From Vicugna vicugna (taxonomy: Eukaryota), in NCBI GenBank assembly GCA_013265495.1, contig MU058636.1, positions 2,294,001-2,358,000 of the forward strand: a stretch of 64,000 nt of DNA, in the 5' to 3' direction. Shown piece after piece: positions 13,525 to 26,000 of the stretch. The notes beneath the pieces are model-generated. The model was not told the origin of the DNA. It did no database searches and worked only from the letters and a program-made list of their open reading frames with translations. The translations under genes and the position numbers were made by a program. How positions within the stretch are numbered: position 1 is the first letter of the stretch; each line of letters opens with the position of its first letter.

Positions 13525-14516
13525 TTTTTTTCAACTGAAGTATAGCAGATTTACAATATTATATTAGTTTCAGGTGTACAACATCATGATTCAATATTTT
13601 TATAGGTTACACTCCATTTAAAGTTATTACAAAACAATGGCTATATTTTCCTGTGCAGTATATTTTTGTTGCTTATTTATTTGATACAGAGTAGTTTGTA
13701 TCTCTTAATCCCATGCTGCTATCTTGCGCCTCCCCTCTCCCCTCTCCCCACTGGTAATCACTAGTTTCTTCTCTATATCTGTGCGTCTGCTTCTGTTTTG
13801 TTATATACATTCATTTGTTTTGTTTTAAAGATCCACATGTAAGTGATAACACAGACTATTTGTCTTTCTCTGTCTGACATTTCACTAAGCATAATGTTCT
13901 CTAGGTCTATACAGGTTGCTCCAAACAGCAGTATTTCATTCTTTTTATGGCTGACATTCCATTGTACATATATATACACAACATGACATCTTTATCCATT
14001 CATCTGTCGATGGACACTTAGGTTGCTTCCATGTCTTGGGGATTGTAAATAATGCTGCTATGAATATTGGGATGTATGTATCTTTTCAAATTGGTGTTTT
14101 GGTTTTCTTCGAACTATACCCAGGAGTGGAATTGCTGGATTATATAGTAGTTCTGTTTTCTATTTTCCACAGTGGCTGCACAAATTTACATTCCCCCAAT
14201 GATGTATGAAGGTTCCCATTTCTCCATATCCTTGCCAACATTTGCTATTTGTCGTCTTTTTGATGATGGCCATTCTGACAGGTGCGAGCTGATACCTCAT
14301 TGTGGTTTAGGTTTGTATTTCTCTGATGATTATATATATTGAACGTCTTTTCATGTGACTGTTGGCCGTCTCGTATGTTTTCTTTGGAAAAATACCTATA
14401 CAGGTCTTCCACCCACTTTTTAATTGGGTTGTTTGTTTAGTATTGAGTTGTATGAGCTGTTTATATATTTTGGATATTAACCTCTTATCAGTCATATCAT
14501 TTACAAATATTTTCTC
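13525..14516 (-). mobile_element. L1 3' ~1 kb (ORF2 C-terminus plus 3' UTR), antisense
   Basis: Minus-strand ORF 14307-14495 (DKRLISKIYKQLIQLNTK) is an ORF2p C-terminal remnant; the T-rich tail is at 13525. Confidence 0.92.
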
Positions 14517-14554
14517 TAAACATTTTTTAAAAATAATTTTTTTGAAGATTTATT

Positions 14555-14691
14555 TAGTTTTTTGGGGGAGGTGAGAGGGAGGTTTATTTATTTATTTATT
14601 TATTTACTTTTAGAGGCAATACTGGGGATTGAACTCAGGACCTCATGCATGTTAAGCATGCGCTCTACCACTTGAGCTATACCCTACCCCC
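14555..14691 (-). mobile_element. tRNA-derived SINE (camelid Vic-1-like)
   Basis: The reverse complement reads GGGGGTAGGGTATAGCTCAAGTGGTAGAGCGCATGCTTAACATGCATGAGGTCCTGAGTTCAATCCCCAGTA, with A and B boxes, followed by a (TAAA)n tail. Confidence 0.85.
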
Positions 14692-15164
14692 TAAATACTT
14701 CTTCACTATGGGCATACAACTAGGTATAAAGTCCTTATGCTTATGTTGATATACATTTACAAGTTAAATTAACAACTACATTTACAAATGTATAAATTAA
14801 ATGCAAAAAAAATACAATGTCCACAATATTTAAATAGCCTTATTTTAATGTGAGAGATGATGTTTGCTGAAACAAAATCACTCTTTGGGACATGAATATG
14901 GTACCAGTGATGGCTTTTGTCTTGGGCAGGTATAGACCACGGCATAAATTGTGATAAATTAAACCAAACACATTTGAACCACAGACAAACCTTCATTTAT
15001 GAGGCATACTATGATATCACTTTGTCCTTCAGTAAAATTGACATCATTTGTTGCTTGTTCAGTCCAACTCTGTTCTTTTCTTATTCATCCCAAAGTAGAA
15101 CTAGTCTCATAAACAAAAGGGAGACTGAGAACATCTCTGGTCGTCCTCAGATAAAAAGTGGTCA

Positions 15165-15420
15165 CTGCATCTGTCAATCCCCTAGGACATACAACACAAA
15201 GAATGAACCCTAGTGCAAAGTATGGACTTTAATTAATAATAATATATCCATATGTAGCTCATCATCTGTAACAAATGTGCTACGCTAATGTAAGACGTCA
15301 ATCACAGGGAAGCTGGAGGTGGAGAAGTTGGGGTGTATGAGGCATGTCTGTACTTTTCACTCAGTTTCTATGCATGCGCCAAAACTGCTCACAAACAGAA
15401 AGTTTACTAATTTTTAAAAA
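15165..15420 (+). mobile_element. Old L1 (L1MC-like) 3' end fragment
   Basis: acaacacaaagaatgaaccctagtgcaaagtatggacttt...ctgtacttttcactcagtttct. Confidence 0.7.
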
Positions 15421-18400
15421 GTGGCACATTCACAACTTAACTCTTTTTAGATTGTCGTCCAAATGTAAAGACAAACATTTACAGATCTTGTTTAGAATGC
15501 AGACCTCCAAGAATATGTCCGTGTGTTCCAGGTTCTCAGCATGGTTTCAGAAATGCTGAAACTAGGGGTTCAGAATGGAATGGGGTATTCTAAAAAGTTG
15601 TTAGAGCTTTCTCCAAAGCATTCCAGAAAACGTCTGGAAGGTCATCTTTCAAAGATGTTCTTCTGGGAATATTTGCTTTTGGAGAGAGGTCAGAACACAT
15701 GATCTCTAATTCCAAGGTTATATAAGTCTAGTTTTTATGAAGATTTAACCCTGCATTAGTTTGCTTTTAGCTCTACTTTTCACAGACTGCAGTGGCCCAA
15801 GGCCAGAACAATAATGTGCTTGAACTTGTAGCTTTCTGAGTCTTTCTCCTAATTCCCACAGCCCTGTCCAAATAGCAACAATTTCATCTAGGCCAACCAA
15901 TTGTCAATTTTTGGTCCTGGGAAAGAATAAGGAATAAGCCCCACTTCATTCCAGTGAACCCAGATCGCATTCCTTTCTGATGGTCTATCACATTCCACTC
16001 TGAGCTAAGTACTGAGTCGTACCTCGGGCTGACATCTTTGGGCAATACACTTCCTAACTGTTCGCTTAGAGAAACCCTAGCAAACCTTCCTGCTTCACTG
16101 TCCCCAGTGGGAAATACTCCCTTCCAGGAATCTGAGGATAGGATAGATCAGTAAAGGACTCGTAATTCTAAACTTATAAATAAAAAAAACCCTCTTTTTA
16201 TACTTTATTGAATTCATATGTGTACATCTTTGTTTAGCTTTAGCCAATGGCAATGGCCTATTAGAAGATGTCACATCATGGGCACTGAGTAAGTAAAATC
16301 CTTCTGCAAAGTGTTCATCGGGTCTAGGTATCTGATTTCTTCAATTGGGGTGGAAGGGTTTTCCATGCGGAATTATGGAAGCTGGATCCTAGTCACCAAC
16401 GTGGGTGTCTGAGGGAGGAGTAGACACCCTCGTTTTCTGGTTCCTGTCTCTCTCGCTCTTTCTCTCCCCTCTCCGGGCAGCATTTTCTCCTGTGTCCCAT
16501 TACATCAGTCTTCTCACACTTCTGATTAGGGTCTTCCAGAAAGGACTGGCTGAGAGGTATGGCTTTTCAACTCCACCTACCGTCTGCTTCAAGAACTGCA
16601 TTAGTATTTCAGACCTCCTGGCCCCAAATCCACGAGTGGAGTCGACTCTCCCGACCGCAGAAAGAGGAAATGTATTGGAATCAAAAGAAAGAATACAATG
16701 GAAGAGTTAGTGAACACTCAAAGATTCTGGGGAATAAGCCTGAATAGTGAGCCGCCAAGGAACACCTGTTTTTTGTTTTTTATTTTTTTAGCTCTATTTG
16801 GATATTTCCAAAAGGGAACCCTTATTCATAAAGTTACAGTCAAATTTGAATAGGTTGGAATGAGATGATGTTTTCCATGTAATAAGATCTAGGAATTATT
16901 CTCCAGCTGAATTAACAGCAGTCATTCGATAACATACCTATTGAACACTGTCAACAACCTTGTGTTTATAATCGCTATCCCAGTGCGTTCCCTGTCTGAA
17001 AGCTATTACAAGATTAGCATCAAGGTATTTTTGAGCATAGTAGCAATCTAAAAAAAAGACAAAACATGCCTCCCAGATATGTTGAGATTCTCCTTTTTTC
17101 ACTTCAGTGGCAATTTTCTTTTTTTTTCATACTTTCACCAGTTTCAGGAAAGGGCGGGTGAGAGTCAGGGGCTTCCTGACACTTTTCAGAACAAGACTCC
17201 TAATGAAGCAGTGTGTTTGGAGGGGCCCCTGGAGAACCGTGTTTTGGAACATACCGACCCCATGTGGTATTATGTTTGCCACGTTTTGCAGCTTCGTGTG
17301 AGATTTATTTTTAATCTTTAACAAAGCATGCCTATGTTTATCTTAAGTTATGAAAAAGTATAATCGTTTAAAACAAAACTTTTACAAATAATTAAATATA
17401 CAATGAATGCTGAAACATAAAAGTCAGACAGAATGTTACCTTAACAAGAAAGGGCTTCCTAAAGATCAAAGGGTTGTTGTTTGTTTTATTTGCTAGAGAC
17501 AAGTAACAGTACTTTCACTTTAAGGGATTCGGTGGCTATTTGAAGAAGGGTGGGAGAAGTCTTCACTGTCCAACCCCCACCGAGATAAAGGATTCCCACC
17601 CCTCATAGTTGGAGCGCTGGAACATTTACTTAGGGACACTAAAAATACATATTTCATGTTTAGAATGGAATGCTGAGATGTGATTGAAGACAGTACATGA
17701 ATCAAGCCATTGGCATTTGGGGGAGTATGTCTTTCAATCTTTTTTAAAATGATGAGAGAAAGAGGCAATACTTTGGGCTTCCCTTTACTTCTGTGTATGG
17801 GCAAGATCCAATCAAAGTGCAGCACTGAGCAGGAACTAACTGCGCGGGCTTCTGTATCCATCAGGGAAGGCAACTGCTTCCCAGCGCGTCGCACCTCTCA
17901 CGTTGTGTTGCTTTTAATGCTGCCTTTAATAAAGAAGAAAAGAAATGGGCTTCCGGAGCATGAAAGCCTTTTGCCCCCAGGTACCTACAGATTCGGGCTT
18001 TCTTTAAGTCAGTGATGCTAGTCAAGTCAGTTATGGACTGACATGCCAGTAGAGGGTATGATGGAAATACATTCTTGGTTCAACTGGTGGTGGCCTTTAA
18101 GAGATGGGTTTGTATAATGTGGTCCCCCCTTTTCCGGGGCCATTGTAATCAGCCTGAGCCACTTTGGATGGTGCAATATCTGGATGTTTCCATAGGCAGT
18201 TATATAAGCCCCATCAGGTGCTGCAAAAATACTGTTCAAAGAGAAACAACAGTTCTTCCCATTTATCTTGTGTGCCCCCTCCAAGCAGCTTCAAAATACA
18301 TCGGCTGCTTTTCACCAATGCTTTCAGCATTTATTTTGCATGTGGCTAGATTGTGATTTCTGGTTTCTTATGGTATCGTTGCCAAATTTTCTACCCAGTA

Positions 18401-20404
18401 AGTATAGCAAAATAGTTAAAACCTGGAGCTGTAGAATCCAACCAACCGATTCTGCCACTGGCTTGTGAGATCTGGGCAAGTCAGTCAAGGTTTCTAAGTC
18501 TTAATTTGCTCATTTGTAAAATGGCAAATATTAATGGTACTTAATTTGAAGGGTCTGAACACAAGCCAGGGGCTCAGCTTGGGGCCTGGCGTTCTATGAT
18601 GACCGTCATTATCATAAGGAAGGAGATGTGTCCAAGACCTTGAATCAATGACCAGGAACCGAAAAGATGTGAGGCAGCAGTTGAGCGAGGTCTCACATCA
18701 CCTCTCTTTTCACCTCGGATCCTTCCTGCTATAATCTCATGGAATGATCTGGAAGTGCCTGGTAGAATGCTCATCAGTGAGCAGTCTACAGGCTCATGCT
18801 GTGAGGGGTGGAAGAAGGAAGAAGGTCCTGAAGCAAAGACAGTGTCCCTGATAAAGGCACACAAGACAGAATATTCAGGCTGAAGAGGGGTTGGCTGACC
18901 CAATCTTTCTTCAAAACTCTGCATGGGACGGAACTGAACTGCAGTGTGTGAGAAACAATATCCCATGACTTCAGGAAATCTTACAGAAAACAAAACAAAA
19001 CAAAAAACCTCTCATGGTTGGGAGAGCAGTAATGCAAATATTCTAAACACCAGATACTCCCCCAAATCATGGTTTTGGAATGCACTGAATCAGCAAATTA
19101 CTTTGTTTCACTCAGTTTACTTTAATGGGAGGCAGGATGGCAGAACAGTGGAATGAAGAAGCTCAGCTACTATTGTTTTAAAAATCACTTCATGGTATTG
19201 TTACCAATAACTGCTGGGGATTGTTGACTGACATTTTACAATTAAGCACCCGTCAGAACAGCTAGAAAGGTAGTTCACATTTACGAGAGATAATGAAAGT
19301 ATTGGGATGGGGTCAGGGATAGCAGTTTTACAAGGGAGGAAGCAGGACTAATTATTTGGGGTAGACTTGCCCTGTAGTATCAGCATTCCAAGAGAGTTGT
19401 CTTAGTTTGCAGAAAGACTGGAGCTTGGATGCTATCTACTCAGTATGTTTCATACACAGGTTTGTATTTAGTTTCCAATTGACTGAATAAGTGACTTTAA
19501 AAAAAAAAACCTCATTTCATCCACAGCATGATTAACATTAATATTTGGACGGAATCCACAATGCTTTTCCTAATGTTAATTTCAGTTCCTTTTTCAATTC
19601 TGCATTTGAAGAAGCTTTGGCCTGAGTGTGGCTGACCCAGTAAAGGGAGACTGTGCTATGAGATGGCCCTGCCAATTCTCTACTGGAGTGTTTTTTACAG
19701 TCACATATTGATCTGCAAAATTACTGGTGAGTAGACAGTTGCAGCTCCAATCCCATAACTCTACCACAAAAATAGAATTTCAGACTCTTCCGACATGAAC
19801 ATGATCTAGACAGACTTTATCTAGGTCTTCCCTGACAAGTTATACGATTCAGGGCTTTGTTTCTATACACTAAACTTAGAAACTCAGAGTGACTCACTTT
19901 TCTTTTTTGCATGCATCGAAGTGAACAAGGAAGTCAGACTGCTTCTGGTGTTGCTTTCTTTGAGAAAAAAAAAAAAGACATGCTCCTTCTCAAGTATCCT
20001 TTTTAGGTCAGCAATTTTGAAGTGCAAGACTTATTGGTGTCCGAGCGGAAAGGGCTGACGCTCTGGTTTATCACGACTCCCTCTGAGTAGAGTTCTTCCA
20101 GGGCTGGAGAAAGGAAAACATTTGTTGTACTAATACTGAATGTGCTTCCTGTGTAAAATAACCTTTAACTCTATGGAGATCCCCCATTTTAATGACCAGG
20201 ACATAGTGGAAATAGAAGGAAATCCAAACACCCCACGGGCAGCCATTCTCCTCCCTCGCAGGTCAAGCTGCAACCCTCTGCAGGACAGAAACAACTGCTT
20301 GAGGAAGTTTGGCTGGACTCCTGTTTCTCCTGTTTTAACATGTGACCACTTCAATCATTTAAAAATGTGTGTGACATTTTGACCCATTAAGAAGGCTGGA
20401 ATAT

Positions 20405-20872
20405 CAAGACCATGCAACCTAAATGTCCATCCACAGATGACTGGATAAAACAGTTGTGGTATATACAGTGGAATACTACTCAGCCATAAAAAAGAATGAA
20501 ACAATGCTACTTGTAGCAACATGGACAGACCTAGAGATAATCATATTAAATGAAGTAAATCAGGTAGAGAAGGAAATATCACGTGATATCACTTATATGT
20601 GAAATCTAAAAAAATGAGACAAATGTAAGTTATTTACAAACAGAAAGACTCACAGACACAGAAAACAAACTCACGGTTACCAAAGGGGAAAGGAAGGGGG
20701 GAAAAGATAAATTAGGAGTTTGGGATTAGTAGATACAAACTACTATATGTAAAACAGATAAACAAAGTCCTACTTTTTAATGTATATATGACTGAATCAC
20801 TATGCTGTACACCAGAAACTACCACAACCCTGTCAATCAACTATACCTCAATAAAAAAAGAAAAAGAAAAAA
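20405..20872 (+). mobile_element. 5'-truncated L1 3' end with target-site duplication
   Basis: caacctaaatgtccatccacagatgactggataaa...tcaactatacctcaataaaaaaag; flanked by AAGGCTGGAATAT (left) and AAGGCTGGGCTAT (right). Confidence 0.9.
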
Positions 20873-21769
20873 AGGCTGGGCTATGCCAACCAGGGATCAT
20901 GAGGTGGGTGGACCTGGAGAATCCTGGTACTCACACACTTCTCATGAGGATGGGAGGGAATCTTGCCAACTGTGGAACCAGCTCTCACATCCCAAGCCAG
21001 ACTGCAGGCTCCTGTATCTCCATGTCTTCATTATACAAACAGTACTAAGTCTACAGTGACTACCCTGGCCATTGGAAGTTCTCTTTCTATGCAGAACCTG
21101 AAATGGGATTCCCTATAATGGACGAGGGGAAAATCTAGCAGTGTTCAACTAGAGAAACAAACTTTTCAAATACATTTGGTTTTTGCAGTTGCCCAGCTCT
21201 TTAAGTTCTGTGAAAGTACATCTACATGATGGGGAAAGGAGGTTAATACGTGCTTTGGGAGCTTCCATAGAGAGCTAGCACATGTCCTACTGTGGCACAC
21301 AATCACGTTCTGCAGACTACAGAAGACAGTTAGCAGCGGAGAGCTTCCCACAGGTCAGTCGATGGCATGTCTGTTCCCTGCTCACTTGCAGACTGCTCCT
21401 TAAAAGACACGTCTACTTTTTAAAAGACAGCTGAGCTGATTGGGAGAGAAGGGTAAAGGGGACCAGCTGTTTTGATCTCTCTCTCTCCCCCTCCATCTCA
21501 CTCTCTCCCTCCTCCTCCCCACTTACATCTCCACTCCCTCAGCCCAGATCTTCTGATTAATCTTGATTTTCATGTTTTATCTCCTCATCCCTAAGAATGA
21601 TTTGTCTCAGTGGGTACAGACCAAACCTACTCACACAGGAGTCATGTATTTTACACATCTTAGACTGTGTTTCTGTTTCCTAAAACACTAGTTAAGTCTA
21701 ACAAGCTACAGTGTAGTGGAGGAACACTACCTGATACTTTAGTGGTTATTTGATAAATATTAGTTTTTT

Positions 21770-22605
21770 TTTAATTGAACTGTAGGTCAGCTATAGGTTT
21801 TTTTAATTGAATGGTAGATTCTTTAAATTCTACGGTGCTTCACAATTTTCAAAAGCTTCACACACATGATTTCATATAATCCCATAGTAACCCTTCTTTT
21901 TGGCCCCACCCCTATACTGCCCCTCCTCACTGGTAACCACTAGTTTGTCCTCTCTATCTGTGAGTCTGCTTCTTCTTTGTTTTATTCATTAGTTTGTTGT
22001 ATTTTTTAGATTCCATATATAGGTGATATCATAGTTTTGTCTTTCTCTGACTTACTTCACTTAGCATAATACCCTCCAAGTCCATCCATGTTGTTGCAAA
22101 CGGCAAAGTTTCACGTTTTATTGCAGAATAGTATTCTATTGTGTATGTGTATATGTTCACATATATATGTATATACACACACCACATCTTTTTTTATCCA
22201 TTTTTTTATCCATTCATCTGCGGATGGACATGTAGGTTGCTTCCATACCTTGGCAACTGTAAATAATGCTGCTGTGAACACTGGGGTGCATGTATCTTTT
22301 TGAATTAGTGTTTTTGTCTTTTTCAGACAAATACCCAGGAGAGGAATTGCTGGGTCATTTGATAGTTCTATGTTTAGTTTTTTGAAAAACCTCCATTCTG
22401 TTTTTCTATAGCAGCTTCACCAATTTACATTCCTAACCACAGTGTGTGAGGGCTCCTTTTTCTCCACGTCCTCACCAACAGTTGTTTGTGTTCTTTTTAA
22501 TGATAACCATTCTGACTGGTGTGAGGTGATATCTCACTGTGGTTTTGATTTGCATTTCCCTGATTAGTAGCTATGTTGAACATCATCTTTTTATATGCCT
22601 GTTTT
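21770..22605 (-). mobile_element. L1 3' fragment, antisense
   Basis: ccattcatctgcggatggacatgtaggttgcttccatacc...gtgaggtgatatctcactgtggttttgatttgcatttccctg. Confidence 0.88.
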
Positions 22606-23089
22606 GATAAAGAAACATCCTTAAATAAATAAAATTTATCAAAATTTTCAGACATTTTCAAAGACTAAACACAGACTTCTCAATGGCCATGATACAAAAT
22701 GAGCAGCAGCCATTTGAAAAACATTACTGAGCACTTACTCTGTTACAATGTTTGTTGCACTTCACAGGAGAAATAAAGGATCATGTTTTGATTAAGATTA
22801 TTTCTGGATATAACAGAATACCTGAATAAAGAGTATACATTAAGCAAAAAAAAAAAAAAAAGCAATTATTTTCTTCTTATAGCATGAAGTCCAGAGAGGT
22901 TATCAAGGACATGGATTCCTTCCCTTCTATTTCTCCATTCTTGTGCTTGTAACCTCACGATTTCAAGATGATTCTCACAGCTCCAGATCTCATAACTGCA
23001 TTCAAAGGAGATGGTGGCGGAGGGAGGAAGGAAAGACAAGGGTAAATACGACTTTTTAAAGAGTGTTCCTCCTGTTTCATCATGGAAAT

Positions 23090-26000
23090 AGGCCCAACAA
23101 ATTCAAGGCAGGATATATAAAAAGGCCTTTACACCAAGACACACTGTAGTCAAATGTAGACAAAGAGAAAATCTTAAAAGCAGTCAGAGAGAAAAATACA
23201 GATTATTCACAGAGGAACAAGAGACTTTGGCTGTACTTATCAAAAGCAACACAATTCCAGAAAGCAGTGGAACAGTATCTTCAAAATGCAGAGAAAATAG
23301 TGGACAACCTAAATTTCTATACCCAGCGAAACTATCTTTCAAGAATGAGGGCAAAATAAATATTATCTGACAAACAACAAAATGAGAGCTTACTATCACT
23401 TATTAGAGAAACTTCCACAGGTATACTTTAGGATGAGGAAAACTCATCCCAGAAAGAAGGTCAGAGATCCAGAACAGCAAAGAAAATGATAAACACACGG
23501 TAAGTCTAAACAATCACTGACTATAAAACAACAATAATAATGTTTTAATTATGGGGTTAAGAAATAATATAGAAAGTGAGTGGAGAAGTTCTGTCTTAAA
23601 GTTGTCAATCTTCCCTAAACTCTATATTCAATAAAAATCCAAATAACCTCTTGAGCTAACTCAAATAAAAGAGCAACATGCCAAAGATAGCCAAGTTACT
23701 TCTAAAGAAGGAAGTAGAAAGTCCTGTCCTATCATATACTAAGAGATGTCATAAACCTATAGTTACATTAGGATAACATAGAACTTGTACAGAGATAGAC
23801 AGATTGACCAACGGGGCAGAAGAGAGAACCCAGAGTATTCAGCAAAGCTGGCCTTGCAAGTGAGCGGAGAAAATGATGATTTCTCAGCATGAAAAGAGCT
23901 GGATAATCCACATGGGGAAAATGAAAGAACCTGGATCCCTACATCAGCCAGTATATGTGTGTATATTTCTGTGTGTATATATACAATTATAGTTACATTA
24001 GGGGCATAAACATGAAAGGTAAATCTTTGAAAACTTCTGAAGGAAAATGTTAATAGATTTGATCATAGTTAATTTAAAAATGTTTCTGTATCAAAAACCT
24101 ATAGCTGACCTATTGATCAATTTTAAAAAACACAAACTAATAGACAAAGGAACAGAAGATATGAACAGGCATTTCATAGGAAAGAAAACATGAATTAGCC
24201 AATATAGTGACCATACAATTTCAAAAGTAGATATGAGAATGAGAATTATAACCACAATGAGATACAATTTTGTATCCAACAGATTGAGAAAAATGCAAAA
24301 GTTGATTCAGCCCAAATACTGGTAAAAATGTGGAGAAATGGGAAGTTTATTTGTTGGAGTGTAAATTACTTCAATTAGTGTGGCTAACATTTTGGTAATA
24401 TCCAGTAGCTGTGAGTATACTCTACAACGTAGCAATTCCACTCCTGGTAGAAAAACTCTTGCACCAGCAGACATGCACAAAAAATTATATTACCACTATC
24501 TATATTAGCAAAAACTGGAAACAATTTAATTAACCCAGTAGAGTGGGTTTTTTAAAATGAGGGTGTTTACACAATAAAGTATTATACAGCAATAAAAATG
24601 AATCAACTGCATATCAACATGGATGCATTCCAAAAACACTGCTGAGTAAAAATTGGAAGTCACAGATGAATATACTTTATGATTTTGTTATTATAAAGGT
24701 TAAAAGTTAGAAAAACTAAATAATACATTTAAGTTACAGAGAAACTGAGTATAACTGTAAGGATAAGGGGATAATTTAAAAGTTCTTTTCATATATCAGG
24801 ACCAGATAGCTCAAAGTTTTAAAAATTATTCTAAATAAACCATGGAAAAAAACTGAAAGCTACACATTTGACTGTATAAAGCCAGCAAAATCTTAATATG
24901 AATACCTGATTTTTAAAAAAAGTACAGTTAAAAAAAATAGAATGACCTGACTTAAGATTATCAGTGCAAAAAATTCTGAATAAAATTATGGGAAATAGAG
25001 TACTTTAGAATAACAAAAGAAAAATGCATTACAACCAAGCAGGGTTATTCCAGGAATACAGGGCTGGTTCAATATTAAGAAATCTGTCAACATAATTGAT
25101 CACACAAGCAAGTTAATGAGGAAAAATGTTCATATAAAGAAATGATTAAAAGGCATTTGAAAAAGGTGAGCAGTCACTTCAAATGTAAACTCTACATATA
25201 ACCTTAATAGAGGATGTAATATTAGCATAGGCTAGCTTATCTTACAAACAGCCCCAAACCTCAGTGGCTTCACATAATGAGTTATTCCTCATCACATCAT
25301 AATCCAGTGTGGGTCAGCAATGCATGTCTCCTACAGGCAGTTATTCAGAGACCCAGGATCTTCCCATCAGTAGCTCTGCCATCCTCTAGGACCTCAGAAT
25401 TCTCGACCCAGTACTTTGCATCTGAATGTCAGAGAAGGGAAGGCAGCGTGGAGAACCATGCAGCAGGCTCAGAGTTAGGACTGGAAGTATGGCAAATCTT
25501 TTCTACCCACATTCTTTTGACCAAAATTCAGTTAGATTGGGCTTACTTAATCACAGGTAAAATTCAGTCAGATTGAGCTTATCACAAATGGGACTGGAAA
25601 ATGTAAGCTACCTGTGTTCTCAGAAGAACAGGAAAAGTGCTGAGTGAGTGTCTAGCCAGTCTCTGTCACAGAAAGGAACCACCTAAAATACTAAGGACCT
25701 TTCCCAAATAGCTGATAGCAGACATTATCTTGAAGAGTGAAACACTAAATACACTTCCACTGAAATCAAGGAAAAGACAGGGATACCCACTATTACCATC
25801 ACTTACTGAGCATTGTTTTGGAGGTTATAACAGTGCAGTAAGAAAAGCAAATAATATAAATTTGGGAAAGAGATGAAATTATCTTTTGCTGATAATATGA
25901 TTACATATGTAGACACCCCAAGATATGCTTTTAAAAAGAACATTCTAGAATGTGGCTAGATACAAGATCAATATAACAGAGACACACACATATACATATG

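Noticed and set aside
14615..14691. tRNA-like sequence (also at 35955-36028)
   Set aside because: Degenerate, with a SINE-type AT-rich tail and two dispersed copies, so it is a SINE head and not a tRNA gene.
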